A stretch of 64,000 nt of DNA from Roseibacillus sp. (lineage in GTDB: Bacteria > Verrucomicrobiota > Verrucomicrobiia > Verrucomicrobiales > Akkermansiaceae). This document shows positions 9,957-20,148 of the stretch, piece by piece. The stretch covers positions 32,001-96,000 of the forward strand of contig CBDEUM010000004.1 in the NCBI GenBank assembly GCA_965242925.1, read 5' to 3'. A program made the position numbers and the translations under genes. Under the pieces are notes generated by a model. That model made no database searches. It was not told where the DNA came from and was given only the letters and a program-made list of their open reading frames with translations. Each line of letters starts with the position of its first letter. Within the stretch, counting starts at the first letter, position 1.

Positions 9957-10241
9957 ATGAGCAGCATCCCATCGCCTGAGGCCCGGGCCCGCTATTGGCG
10001 GAAGAACCTGAGCTGGCTGGGAGGATTGCTGACCGTCTGGTTCATCGTCTCCTACGGATGCGGGATCCTTTTTGTGGACCAGCTCGATAAGATCCGAATT
10101 CCCGGGACCGGCTTCAAGCTGGGCTTCTGGTTTTCGCAGCAGGGAAGCATCTACGTGTTCCTTGTCCTGATCGCGGTGTACGTGTTCGTGATGAACAGGT
10201 TGGACCGGGAGTTGCTGGGTGCAGAGGGAGACGATTTGTAA
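9957..10241 (+). CDS. DUF4212 small membrane protein, partner of a solute:sodium symporter
   Basis: YWRKNL...LGFWFSQQGSIYVF...MNRLD; two TM helices; directly upstream of the SSS gene. Confidence 0.88.
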   Translation: MSSIPSPEARARYWRKNLSWLGGLLTVWFIVSYGCGILFVDQLDKIRIPGTGFKLGFWFSQQGSIYVFLVLIAVYVFVMNRLDRELLGAEGDDL

Positions 10242-10245
10242 AGCG

Positions 10246-12018
10246 ATGCTGAACTCACTTATTCTTGCCCAGATGGACCCGGTCCAGTCCTGGACCCTTG
10301 GAATCGCGTTGGTCACCTTCGCGATCTACATCGGAATCGCAATCTGGGCGAAAGCCAAGTCAACCGGGGAATTCTATGTCGCCGGCAAGGGGGTGCCGAG
10401 CGTCGCGAACGGGATGGCGACCGCAGCGGACTGGATGAGCGCGGCCTCCTTTATCTCGATGGCGGGTTTGATTTCCTTCATGGGGCGTGATGGCTCGATG
10501 TATCTCATGGGTTGGACCGGGGGCTACGTGCTCCTCGCGCTCCTCCTCGCCCCCTACCTTCGCCGTTTCGGTAAGTTCACTGTTCCGGACTTCATTGGCG
10601 ATCGCTATTATTCGAACACCGCTCGGATCGTGGCGGTGGCATGCGCGGTCTTCGTGTCGTTCACCTACGTCTGCGGACAGATGCAGGGCGTTGGGATCGT
10701 CTTTTCCCGTTTCCTGAAAGTTGACAAGGAAGCCGGGGTGTTGATCGGAATGGGACTCGTGTTTTTCTATGCGGTGATGGGCGGGATGAAGGGAATCACC
10801 TACACCCAGGTAGCGCAGTACTGTGTCCTGATCTTTGCCTTTACGGTGCCGGCCATTTTCATCGCGATCCAGATGACTGGAAATTTCATTCCGCAAATAG
10901 GCTTCGGTGGGGAGCATCTCGCCAGCGGCGAGTACGTGCTGGACCGGCTCGATGGAGTGAGCACGGAGTTGGGATTCGGTGCCTACACAGAGGGAGTGAA
11001 AGGGAAGCTCGACATCTTTTGTATTACCGCTGCCCTGATGCTGGGGACGGCCGGATTACCACACGTGATTGTCCGATTCTACACCGTCAAGAAAGTGAAG
11101 GCGGCGCGAAGTTCGGCATTCTGGGCACTGCTCTTCATCGCCATTCTCTACACGGTGGCACCGGCGGTTGCAGTCTTCGCCCGCACCAACCTTCTGGAGA
11201 CGATTCCCAACAAGGCTTACGCTTCCCTCCCTCCTGCCGGGGAGGAAGGCGGGTGGTTCAAGAACTGGGAGGAAACAGGATTGATCGCCTTTGATGACAA
11301 GAATGGCGATGGGATTATTCAGTACACGGGCAAGACGGAGAAGAATGCTGCGGATTTCCCGGAGCTTGAGATGAACGAGTTGACGGTGAATCGTGATATC
11401 ATGGTGCTGGCCAATCCTGAAATCGCCAAGCTTCCGAACTGGGTGATTGGGCTTGTGGCGGCGGGTGGTTTGGCGGCGGCACTTTCGACGGCAGCAGGGT
11501 TGTTGCTGGTGATTTCAACCGCGGTGGCGCATGACCTGGTCAAGAAGACGGTCAAGCCGGACCTGAGCGAAAAGCAGGAACTGCTCCTTGCTCGAATTGC
11601 GGCGGGTGGCGCTGTTGTCGTGGCCGGGTATTTCGGGATGAACCCGCCGGACTATGTCGCGGCGGTGGTGGCCTTCGCCTTCGGCCTGGCTGCGTCCTCG
11701 TTCTTCCCGGCCATCATTCTCGGAATTTTCTGGAAGCGAGCGAATCTGCAAGGGGTAGTAACGGGTATGATTGTGGGGCTTCTCTTTACGGCGAGTTACA
11801 TCATCTACTTCAAGTTCATCAATCCGGCCGCCAATAATAAGGAGGACTGGCTCTTCGGGATTTCGCCCGAGGGGATCGGCACCATCGGGATGATCATCAA
11901 TTTTGTGCTCGCGATCGGGATTTCCCTCGCGACCAAACCGCCACCGGCGGAAGTGCAGCATCTCGTCGATCGTGTGCGTTTCCCGCGGAAGGCGTTTGCG
12001 GACGAGGAGAACGAGTAA
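10246..12018 (+). CDS. Sodium:solute symporter, ActP/acetate-permease-like
   Basis: FYVAG, NGMATAADWMSAASF, GTAGLPHVIVRFYTV, LAAALSTAAGLLL; many TM segments. Confidence 0.92.
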   Translation: MLNSLILAQMDPVQSWTLGIALVTFAIYIGIAIWAKAKSTGEFYVAGKGVPSVANGMATAADWMSAASFISMAGLISFMGRDGSMYLMGWTGGYVLLALLLAPYLRRFGKFTVPDFIGDRYYSNTARIVAVACAVFVSFTYVCGQMQGVGIVFSRFLKVDKEAGVLIGMGLVFFYAVMGGMKGITYTQVAQYCVLIFAFTVPAIFIAIQMTGNFIPQIGFGGEHLASGEYVLDRLDGVSTELGFGAYTEGVKGKLDIFCITAALMLGTAGLPHVIVRFYTVKKVKAARSSAFWALLFIAILYTVAPAVAVFARTNLLETIPNKAYASLPPAGEEGGWFKNWEETGLIAFDDKNGDGIIQYTGKTEKNAADFPELEMNELTVNRDIMVLANPEIAKLPNWVIGLVAAGGLAAALSTAAGLLLVISTAVAHDLVKKTVKPDLSEKQELLLARIAAGGAVVVAGYFGMNPPDYVAAVVAFAFGLAASSFFPAIILGIFWKRANLQGVVTGMIVGLLFTASYIIYFKFINPAANNKEDWLFGISPEGIGTIGMIINFVLAIGISLATKPPPAEVQHLVDRVRFPRKAFADEENE

Positions 12019-12070
12019 GAAACGGGCGGCAGGGAGTCAGGAGGTCATCAGCGAGTGATGCCTTCTGCTT

Positions 12071-13156
12071 CTACATGGGCGTGCGCAGGTGCTCGATGGC
12101 CTCGATGATGTCTTCCCGGGTGATCTCGTCGGAGACGAAGGCTTCACCCAGGCGTTTCAGGAGGACAAAGCGAATCCGGCCCGAGGTGAACTTCTTGTCG
12201 CGGGCGAGGGCGGCCATGATGGACTCAGTGCTGATGTCCAGATCCAGCAGGAGGGGCAGATGCCACTGCCGATGGATCGCGAGAAGGCGGGTGGTTTCCT
12301 CCCGCGACAGGCCGGCCTTCTTTTCAGAGAGGCAGAGGGCCGCCCGCACACCGAGGGAGATGGCCTCTCCATGGAGGAGGGTGCCATACTCGGCGGTGGA
12401 CTCGATGGCATGTCCGATGGTGTGGCCGAAGTTGAGGAGGGCGCGGGTGCCCGAGGTTTCCCTTTCGTCGGCCTCCACGATACGGGCCTTGATGGCGAGG
12501 TTGTCGGCAATGAGATCGGGGTCGACCTTTCTGTCGTCCGGATCCATGGCCTCGATTTTCTCCAGCATCCCGGCATCCCGGATGGCAGCGTGCTTGATCA
12601 CCTCGGCGAAGCCCTCGTGAAAGACCTGGTCGGGCAGGGTGGCCAGAACGTCCGGGTCCACGAGGACGAGGCGCGGCTGCTGGAAAGTTCCGATCAGGTT
12701 CTTGCCCTCGGGAACGTTCACTCCCGTCTTCCCTCCGACCGAACTGTCGACCTGGGCCACGATGGTGGTGGGAATCTGCACAAAGGGAATGCCCCGGTAG
12801 AAGATGGAGGCCACAAAACCGGCCACATCCCCGACGACCCCGCCACCGAGGGCCACGACAAAGCTGCCGCGGTCGTGATGCTGTTCGATGAGCGAACGGC
12901 AGAGTGACTGCACCTGCTCCATGGACTTGGAGCCTTCCCCGGGAGGGAGGAGGTGGGCGCTGACCTCGAAACCGGCTTCATGGAGGGAGGATTGCACGAT
13001 CTCGCTGTAATGGAGTGCAACGTTGGCGTCAGTGATGAGAGCCACCCGTCCAGTGAGGCCGGTCTCTTTGATGCATTCGCCCGTGCGGTTGATGCTGCCC
13101 GGTTCGACGAGGATGTCGTAGGAACGTTCGGGGAGATTGACGGTGACGGTTGGCAC
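12071..13156 (-). CDS. aroB: 3-dehydroquinate synthase
   Basis: ALGGGVVGDVAGF, QIPTT..AQVDSSVGGKTGVN, LLNFGHTIGHAIE, LHGEAI. GTG start at 13156. Confidence 0.96.
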   Translation of the reverse strand: MPTVTVNLPERSYDILVEPGSINRTGECIKETGLTGRVALITDANVALHYSEIVQSSLHEAGFEVSAHLLPPGEGSKSMEQVQSLCRSLIEQHHDRGSFVVALGGGVVGDVAGFVASIFYRGIPFVQIPTTIVAQVDSSVGGKTGVNVPEGKNLIGTFQQPRLVLVDPDVLATLPDQVFHEGFAEVIKHAAIRDAGMLEKIEAMDPDDRKVDPDLIADNLAIKARIVEADERETSGTRALLNFGHTIGHAIESTAEYGTLLHGEAISLGVRAALCLSEKKAGLSREETTRLLAIHRQWHLPLLLDLDISTESIMAALARDKKFTSGRIRFVLLKRLGEAFVSDEITREDIIEAIEHLRTPM

Positions 13157-13211
13157 GACGGAAAATTGGTTGCAGGCGGTTTCTGGACGGGGAGGGTTCG
13201 CTTGGCAAGGA

Positions 13212-13826
13212 CTACGAACGCCGGAGGGCCCGCCAGGCCGACAGATCGGGGTGGAGAAGAAGGTCGAGGGGTTTCTCCGCCAGAGCAAGGGTGCCGATGA
13301 GATGATCGAGGAGGAGGGCGGAGGCGGAGGCATCGTAGAGGGCATCATGCCAGCGGCGTTCCGGGTGGATCTGGTCGAGACGGGGGACCAGGTCGAAGTG
13401 CTGGCACAGGTCGCCGAGAGCGAAGGAGGGCAAGGTGGGCCAGGCCGCCCGGGCCAGGCTCAGGGTGTCGATCCAGGGTCCGAAGGAATGCCCCGGAAAG
13501 GCCCGCAGAAAGCGTTTTTCGGTGCCGTGCCCGTGAGCGACCACCACTCGGTCCGCAAGGAAGCGCCGGATCTCGGGCCAGAGAGAGAGAAGAGATGGCG
13601 CTTCGGCAAGGTCTTCAGCGCTGATGCCGTGAACCTTCCTGGCCGCCCAGGTGATCTTCTGGTCAGTGGAGAGAAAGGAGCAAAGGGAGTCTCCCAGTCC
13701 TTCCTCCGGCGACCAGAGGGCAATACCCACCTGAACAGGCACGTCAGTGCGTCCCCGACTGGCCCCGGCGGACTCGAAGTCAATGACGGCAAATCGCTGG
13801 TCGGCGATGGGAGTGGACGGGTTCAT
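13212..13826 (-). CDS. DEDDh 3'-5' exonuclease (DNA Pol III epsilon-like)
   Basis: VIDFES ExoI, VHGIS, VVAHG, WIDTL, HDALYDA ExoIII. Confidence 0.9.
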   Translation of the reverse strand: MNPSTPIADQRFAVIDFESAGASRGRTDVPVQVGIALWSPEEGLGDSLCSFLSTDQKITWAARKVHGISAEDLAEAPSLLSLWPEIRRFLADRVVVAHGHGTEKRFLRAFPGHSFGPWIDTLSLARAAWPTLPSFALGDLCQHFDLVPRLDQIHPERRWHDALYDASASALLLDHLIGTLALAEKPLDLLLHPDLSAWRALRRS

Positions 13827-13921
13827 GCAGGGAAGTTCCTGGATCGCGGGGTGCTCCAAATTGTCTTTCCTTTTGTAATGGCGCAGGGAGAGAGGAGCGC
13901 TAGAATCCCCTACATCGTATC

Positions 13922-14551
13922 ATGATTGAATCTCTTTTTGGCAATTTGGCGGCGTTGGGGACAAACGGGGTTATTCTCATCGTGTTCGGCGCGATCGTCC
14001 TCCTTCTGGTCTTCTGGTTGATCGGGGGCTACAACGGACTGGTGAGATTGCGCAACCGCTATCGCAACGCCTTTGCCCAGATCGACGTACAACTCAAGCG
14101 GCGCCATGACCTCATTCCGAACCTGGTTGAGACGGCCAAGGGCTACATGAAACACGAGAGTGAGACGCTGGAAGCGGTCATCGAGGCCCGCAATACGGCT
14201 GCCAGCGCGCGGAAGGGACTGAGCCCGGATGATGCCGGCCAGATGAAGGGGTTGATGGCGGCGGAGGCCGGCCTGGGATCGATGCTTGGAAAGTTCTTCG
14301 CCCTTTCGGAGGCCTATCCGGACCTCAAGGCGAACCAGAACATGATGCAGCTCAGTGAGGAGCTCACCAGCACGGAGAACAAGGTGAGTTTCTCACGTCA
14401 GGCCTACAACGATGCCGTCACGCTCTACAACACCCAGACGGAGACCATTCCGACCAATATCATTGCGGGGATGTTCAGTTTCCGGCAGGCGGTCCTCTTT
14501 GAGGTTACCAACGCGGAGGAGCGGGAGCGGGTGGATGTCAGCTTTGACTAG
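13922..14551 (+). CDS. lemA: LemA family protein
   Basis: YNGLVRLRN, IDVQLKRRHDLIPNLVET, EAYPDLKAN, SRQAYNDAV. Confidence 0.95.
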   Translation: MIESLFGNLAALGTNGVILIVFGAIVLLLVFWLIGGYNGLVRLRNRYRNAFAQIDVQLKRRHDLIPNLVETAKGYMKHESETLEAVIEARNTAASARKGLSPDDAGQMKGLMAAEAGLGSMLGKFFALSEAYPDLKANQNMMQLSEELTSTENKVSFSRQAYNDAVTLYNTQTETIPTNIIAGMFSFRQAVLFEVTNAEERERVDVSFD

Positions 14552-14599
14552 GAGCTAGCGGGGCGGACCGTTGAGGGTGGAGTCGAGCGCTCTGTTTCC

Positions 14600-16636
14600 A
14601 TGAACTTTTTCGAGACACAGGACCGGGCTCGCCGCCGGACGAAGTGGCTGGTGTTTTATTTCATATGCGCGGTGGTCGCCATCGTCTTCGCGGCCTATTT
14701 CGGGGTGATCTTCGGGATGACACTGGCCGGCGACCGGCTGGATCTCTGGGAGCCCGGGTGGTTCATCTCCATCGCCGGGGTGACCTGCCTCCTGGTCTTC
14801 GGGGGAAGCGCCTACAAGTCGAGCCAGTTGCGGCAGGGCGGGAGGGTGGTTGCCAAGGATCTGGGCGGACGCCTCGTCCTCCCCCATACCCGGGACCCGG
14901 AGGAACGGCAGTTGCTCAACGTGGTGGAGGAAATGGCCATCGCGTCCGGGACCCCGGTGCCGCAGGTTTATGTGATGGACGAGGAAATGGGGATCAACGC
15001 CTTCGCGGCGGGAACGAAGCCCTCCAATGCCGTGATCGGAGTCACCCGGGGGTGCCTCCAACTCCTCTCCCGTTCTGAACTGCAGGGGGTCGTGGCACAT
15101 GAATTCAGCCACATCCACAATGGGGACATGCGGCTGAACATGCGTCTCATCGCGGTGATTTTCGGGCTTCTCATTCTGATGCTCACCGGGCGCATCATTC
15201 TCCACTCTATTCTCCGCTCTGCGTTCCAGCCGCGTGTGTCGAGCGGGAACCGTCGAGAACGAAATGGGGGGGATGTCCGGGCGTTGGCCATAGTGGTTGT
15301 CATCGCTGGGGTGTTCTTTCTTGTCGGGGGAATTGGCGCGATCTTTGCCCGTCTCATCCAGGCCGCCGTCTCGCGTCAGCGGGAATTTCTGGCCGATGCC
15401 TCGGCGGTGCAGTTCACCCGGGAACCCGCGGGACTGGCCGGAGCGCTCAAGAAAATCGGGGGGTGGAATGATGGATCAAGTGTACGGAGTCCGCAGGCCC
15501 TTGCGGTCAGTCACATGTTCTTTGCCGAGGGGGGTCTTTTCAAGTGGGGCATGGCCACTCATCCGCCGCTACAAGTGCGGATCCGGGCCCTGGAGCCGGA
15601 CTGGGTTGGAGGGTTTGACTCTGTGGCCCTGAACAAGAACCAGTCCCTGGCGGGATTGTACGACGAATCGCGTCAGCAGATTCTGCAGCGACAACGGGGA
15701 GAGGTTGGGGCGGCAGCTGACGAGGAGGGGGAATCGGGGGCGGTTGCGAATCTCGCTCCGGTTCAGCGCTTAAGCGGAAGCGTGAACGCAATGGTGGCAT
15801 TGAGTGGCCTGGGTCAGGAAACCCGGTGGTCTCTGGAGGCGGGGCAGCGCATTCACGACGGATTGGATGAGAGATTGCGTTCCGCCTCGCAGGATCGCGG
15901 AGGGGCCCAGAGACTGATCTTCGCCATGCTCCTTTCCAGGGACAGGCAACAGCGCCAGGAGCAGGTTGAGGGACTGCGAAAGGGAATGGGTTCGGATTTT
16001 TTGAGGGGAGGTGAGGACTGGCAGGAACTGCTGGAGTCGCTCCATTCAGCCGAGAAGATTGCCCTTTTGGACCTCTGCATGCCCACTCTCCGACACATGA
16101 GTCAGCCGGAGTATGGCCGCTTCATCCAGTTGATGCATTGGATCATAGCCACGGATGAGAAGGTTGACCTCTTCGAATTCATGCTGCAGCACGCGGTGAC
16201 CCGGCACCTGGCAGGCCACTTTGAACCGGATCGACGAAAGGTTGCGCCGTGGGTGCTCATGGATGACCTGCCCGCAGCGGGGAATGTGCTGCTCACCGTG
16301 ATGGCACGGATGGAGCGGACCGAGGAGAGTGCGGCAAGGGCCTTCCAGGCCGCGGTGAAAGGGGGGCATGGTTTTGAGTGCTGGAGCCCGGAATTACTTC
16401 CTGAAGATTCATTCGGTCCCGAAGAGATCCATTCGGCTCTGGTCGAGTTCGAGACGGCCGCTCCCATGGAGAAGAAGACCATTCTGCAGATGTGTGGTTT
16501 TGCCGCGGCCGAGGACGGAATCCTCACCAGTCGGGAGGCGGAGCTGCTGCGAGCGGTGGCTGACGCAATCGGGGTCAGCCTGCCGCCCTTTGTCCAGGAC
16601 GTCCAATTGCAGGAAGTGGGCGCCGAACAGGCTTGA
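14600..16636 (+). CDS. M48 (HtpX-like) zinc metallopeptidase with long C-terminal extension
   Basis: INAFAAG, HEFSH zinc motif, SRQREFLADA, ATHPPL; C-terminal AEDGILTSREAELLRAVADAIG is TerB-like. Confidence 0.9.
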   Translation: MNFFETQDRARRRTKWLVFYFICAVVAIVFAAYFGVIFGMTLAGDRLDLWEPGWFISIAGVTCLLVFGGSAYKSSQLRQGGRVVAKDLGGRLVLPHTRDPEERQLLNVVEEMAIASGTPVPQVYVMDEEMGINAFAAGTKPSNAVIGVTRGCLQLLSRSELQGVVAHEFSHIHNGDMRLNMRLIAVIFGLLILMLTGRIILHSILRSAFQPRVSSGNRRERNGGDVRALAIVVVIAGVFFLVGGIGAIFARLIQAAVSRQREFLADASAVQFTREPAGLAGALKKIGGWNDGSSVRSPQALAVSHMFFAEGGLFKWGMATHPPLQVRIRALEPDWVGGFDSVALNKNQSLAGLYDESRQQILQRQRGEVGAAADEEGESGAVANLAPVQRLSGSVNAMVALSGLGQETRWSLEAGQRIHDGLDERLRSASQDRGGAQRLIFAMLLSRDRQQRQEQVEGLRKGMGSDFLRGGEDWQELLESLHSAEKIALLDLCMPTLRHMSQPEYGRFIQLMHWIIATDEKVDLFEFMLQHAVTRHLAGHFEPDRRKVAPWVLMDDLPAAGNVLLTVMARMERTEESAARAFQAAVKGGHGFECWSPELLPEDSFGPEEIHSALVEFETAAPMEKKTILQMCGFAAAEDGILTSREAELLRAVADAIGVSLPPFVQDVQLQEVGAEQA

Positions 16637-16657
16637 TTTGTCCGGATCCAGCGGAGA

Positions 16658-17827
16658 TTGTCCACCAGCGCCCATGGCACGACGCCCCCTCTGGATCTGG
16701 CCCAATCTCCTGAGCCTCGACGCCCCTCTGGTGGCGCTCGCATGGTTCTGGATGTTCAAGCAGGTCTGGCTGGTCAAATAAAGGGTGTAGGGTTCGCAGC
16801 AGGGTTAATTTTTCCTTTAACTGCCCCTATTTTCTTGCTGATCCTTGCCTTCGGCGGCGCCCAGTACCAGGGTGCTCCGGCAGCAAGTGTCCCTCCAGCC
16901 CCGGCTGCCCCCCTCTGGATCTGGCCCAATCTTCTGAGCCTCGACGCCCCTCTGGTGGCGCTCGCATGGTTCTGGATGTTCAAGCAGGCCTGGCTGGTCA
17001 AATACCACCAGTCCCTCCCGTGGTTTCTGGCCCTCACCGTGTGGTGCATCTACGTTGCAGACCGCCTCATGGACGAACGTCTGGCGGAGTTGGGGGCCGG
17101 GCGGACAACGGCGCGTCACCGCTTCCACCGGCAACTACGGAATCCGATGAAGATCGGCCTGCTGATCGGAAGTCTGGGGGCGTTCCTCCTGATGGCCATT
17201 CAATCCCGGGGTCTCCTCCTGTATGGAATGCCCGTTCTGCTTCCGGTGGTCGCCTACTTCGCAGTGAGCTTCTACGATGCCGGACGGGGGGTGTCCTGGT
17301 TCAAGAATATTCTGGCGGGAACGGCTTTTGCCTACGGGACTACGGTCGGAGTTCATTTTCGGCGGGAACGATCAATCTGGGATCTGGCTCTGTCCCCCGA
17401 GGTGGTCGTCTTTGCCGGTCTCTGCATGATCAACATGATTGCGATTGATCACTGGGAAGCTTCTTCGGGCGACGAGGAGGAAGAAGAAACCCGTGAATTC
17501 CACAAGGCCGTCTTGCTCATCCTCCTCCTGGTGCTGGTGGGCACCTGCTACTGGCTGGCGCTCCGGGCGGAAGACTTCACCTTGCAAACACACAAGGCCT
17601 TTTACCTCTCGGTCATGGTGGGCGCCGGGTGTCTGGCCTTTCTCGCTCTCCTGCGCCACCTGTTCTCTTCCGAATCTCTCCGGGTGCTTGCCGATGTCGC
17701 CATGCTCGTGCCCTTGCCCTTCTTTTACTGGTTGCTTGTGGATTACGGGATTATCGAATTCGGGGAGTTGGGGTGGAACTTGAATCAACCGGATCCCGCA
17801 GTGGTTGAAATTGCCGGGGGCGGGTGA
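16658..17827 (+). CDS. Multi-pass membrane protein, UbiA prenyltransferase-like; start uncertain
   Basis: LSLDAPLVA...VWCIYVADRLMD...RHRFH motif and about 8-9 TM helices. The conserved part begins near 16908. Confidence 0.65.
   Translation: MSTSAHGTTPPLDLAQSPEPRRPSGGARMVLDVQAGLAGQIKGVGFAAGLIFPLTAPIFLLILAFGGAQYQGAPAASVPPAPAAPLWIWPNLLSLDAPLVALAWFWMFKQAWLVKYHQSLPWFLALTVWCIYVADRLMDERLAELGAGRTTARHRFHRQLRNPMKIGLLIGSLGAFLLMAIQSRGLLLYGMPVLLPVVAYFAVSFYDAGRGVSWFKNILAGTAFAYGTTVGVHFRRERSIWDLALSPEVVVFAGLCMINMIAIDHWEASSGDEEEEETREFHKAVLLILLLVLVGTCYWLALRAEDFTLQTHKAFYLSVMVGAGCLAFLALLRHLFSSESLRVLADVAMLVPLPFFYWLLVDYGIIEFGELGWNLNQPDPAVVEIAGGG
16685..17004 (+). repeat. 96-bp direct repeat (16685-16780 and 16909-17004), 94/96 identical
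   Basis: Direct reading: ccccctctggatctggcccaat...ctggtcaaata occurs twice, 224 bp apart. Mismatches are ctc/ctt and gtc/gcc. Confidence 0.95.
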
Positions 17828-17863
17828 TTTGAAGCTTGGAGACCGGAGCTTTCGTCGGTAGCG

Positions 17864-18517
17864 TTGCCGTCCCACAAATACGATACTGTGAGCGAAGATT
17901 CCCGGAAACTTCATCCCTCGGTCCTGATCATTGGAGCCCCTGGTGCGGGGAAGGGCACGCAGGGCAAGGTGCTGGGAACTGTTCCCCGGTTTTTCCACTG
18001 TGCGTGCGGGGATGTCTTCCGTTCCCTGGATACCCGGACGGAACTCGGTCAGCAGTTCGTGGAGTTCTCCAGCAAGGGTGAACTGGTGCCCGATGAAATC
18101 ACTATCGGCCTCTGGAAGGCTCAGATCGACAACTGGATCGAGACCTATCACTACAAGCCCGACATCGACATCCTGATCCTGGATGGCATTCCGCGGAATG
18201 TGCACCAGGCCAAAATCCTGGAGGACTACCTGGAGGTTCACCAGGTCATCCATCTGACCTGTCCCGATCGCGAGGAACTGGCCCGGCGAATGCGCAAGCG
18301 CGCCCTGAAGGATAACCGCTACGACGACGCCAGTGACGAGGTGATTGCTCACCGAATCGATACCTATGTGGAGGAGACTCGTCCCCTGATCGATCACTAC
18401 GAGGGCAGGGTGAGCGAGATCGATGCCACCAAGCAACCTGTCGAGGTGCTGGGGGATGTCATAGCGGAGATCGTGAAGCTGGACGTCTACAGGGAGATGG
18501 CCAAGGTGGTCGCCTGA
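17864..18517 (+). CDS. adk: Adenylate kinase (short-LID type)
   Basis: GAPGAGKGTQ P-loop, GELVPDE, ILDGIPR, R.DD. Confidence 0.9.
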   Translation: MPSHKYDTVSEDSRKLHPSVLIIGAPGAGKGTQGKVLGTVPRFFHCACGDVFRSLDTRTELGQQFVEFSSKGELVPDEITIGLWKAQIDNWIETYHYKPDIDILILDGIPRNVHQAKILEDYLEVHQVIHLTCPDREELARRMRKRALKDNRYDDASDEVIAHRIDTYVEETRPLIDHYEGRVSEIDATKQPVEVLGDVIAEIVKLDVYREMAKVVA

Positions 18518-18585
18518 TAGTTCAGGTTCCAGATTTCGAATGCCGGCTGTGCTGTAATTTGAAATCCGTCATCTGAAATCATATC

Positions 18586-19551
18586 ATGCGCAAGTTGTTC
18601 ATGGGGACCGGGGAGATCGCCCTGCCGTCGTTTCGAATGATGGCCCAAGAGGGTGATCTGGCAGGACTGGTGACGCAACCGGATCGACCGGTGGGTCGGA
18701 GCGCGAAGCCGTGTCCGCCTCGAATCAAGGAAGCCGCAGCCGGGCTTGGTGTTCCGGTGGTGCAACCGGAGAAGGTGAGAGAGGAGGAGGGGTTTGCTGC
18801 GGTTGCTGCGCTTGAACCCGATCTGATCGTGGTGATGGCCTACGGTCAGATTCTGCCCCGGGAACTCCTCGAGATGCCCCGCTACGGTTGTATCAACGTG
18901 CATGCCTCTCTGCTTCCCCGCCACCGGGGAGCCTCTTGTATCCAGGCCGCTATAGAGGCTGGTGACCCTGAGACCGGAATAAGTATCATATACATGAAGG
19001 AGGATCTGGACACTGGCGACGTCATCACGAGGCAGGCTGTCCCCCTGCATCCTGATGACACCGGTGGAATCGTTCATGACCGTCTGGCGGAATTCGCTCC
19101 GGTGGTCCTGAAGGAGTGTTTGGATGGGATTGCCGGGGGAGACGTGTCGCGAAATCCCCAGGACGACAGTCTGGCGACCTACGCCCCCAAGTTGCATCGG
19201 GCTGACGGAGAGGTGGACTGGAACCAGTCCGCCAGGTTCCTGGAACGTCGCATCCGGGCACATGATCCGTGGCCGGGTTCATTCACATCATTCAATGATG
19301 GCCGTGGCAGAGTAAGGCGCCTGAAGATCTTTCCCGGAGGAATATTGCAGGAAAAAGTTCCCAATGGATCTCCAGGAGAGCTGATTAGCGTCAGTTCTTC
19401 CGGCATTGTCGTAGCCTGTGGGAAGGGCGGAATCCAGTTCAGTGAAGTGCAGGTGGAGGGAGGGAATCGACTCCCGGTCCCGGAGTTCATCAAGGGAAAT
19501 TCGCTGACAGCCGGGGATCGGTTCTTTTCGCTGGCGAGCGAGCCCGAATAG
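18586..19551 (+). CDS. fmt: Methionyl-tRNA formyltransferase
   Basis: FMGT, VTQPDRP, INVHASLLPRHRGA, LDTGD. Confidence 0.96.
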   Translation: MRKLFMGTGEIALPSFRMMAQEGDLAGLVTQPDRPVGRSAKPCPPRIKEAAAGLGVPVVQPEKVREEEGFAAVAALEPDLIVVMAYGQILPRELLEMPRYGCINVHASLLPRHRGASCIQAAIEAGDPETGISIIYMKEDLDTGDVITRQAVPLHPDDTGGIVHDRLAEFAPVVLKECLDGIAGGDVSRNPQDDSLATYAPKLHRADGEVDWNQSARFLERRIRAHDPWPGSFTSFNDGRGRVRRLKIFPGGILQEKVPNGSPGELISVSSSGIVVACGKGGIQFSEVQVEGGNRLPVPEFIKGNSLTAGDRFFSLASEPE

Positions 19552-19566
19552 GAGCACAGTAGCACC

Positions 19567-20148
19567 ATGGTCTTGAGGGTTCTGGCAGCAGCCTTTCTCC
19601 TTCCTGCGCTTGGTTCGGCGGTGACAGTGGAAGTGGTGAACCTTTATCAACCGCTGTCGCTCCACGATACCGACGGCATAGGGGAGGATCTAGGGGTGAA
19701 TGACCCAATCCAGGCCGCGGTGATGTCTCGTCCCTACGCCGTGGGTGGAGCGATGCCGGAGGATCTGGTCAAGGCAGTGGGAGCACCGCACCGGATCGCC
19801 AATAATGGGCAGGCTTACGACGTCAAGGATGCCAACTTGCTCAACCTGTGCAAGGTTACCCTGAGCGCAGTAATGAAAAATACCAGGTTGCTCGTCCGGC
19901 TCGATGTGAGCGAGTTCGAGCTGCCGGAAGAACTCGATCTGACTGCCCGGCAGGTAGTCGCCCTCTCAATTCTGGCGATAGAGCGTACTCTCAAGGACTA
20001 TTTCCGGAATATCAAGGATGAGGCCCTGGGCGTTTCGATCGGGGTGAAGGGGACCAATGAGAGGAATGAGGGGCTCAAGGACTTGGCAAGGCGCTTTGAA
20101 CTTGGAAGTCCCCGGGCGGGCGGGGAAGGGGGAGAGGATGACTTGTGA
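19567..20148 (+). CDS. Hypothetical secreted protein
   Basis: Signal peptide; coding-like ORF directly after fmt. Confidence 0.7.
   Translation: MVLRVLAAAFLLPALGSAVTVEVVNLYQPLSLHDTDGIGEDLGVNDPIQAAVMSRPYAVGGAMPEDLVKAVGAPHRIANNGQAYDVKDANLLNLCKVTLSAVMKNTRLLVRLDVSEFELPEELDLTARQVVALSILAIERTLKDYFRNIKDEALGVSIGVKGTNERNEGLKDLARRFELGSPRAGGEGGEDDL

Noticed and set aside
16685..17004. Diversity-generating retroelement TR/VR pair
   Set aside because: Only two mismatches, not adenine-specific in one copy, located at a gene 5' end, and no reverse transcriptase in the window.
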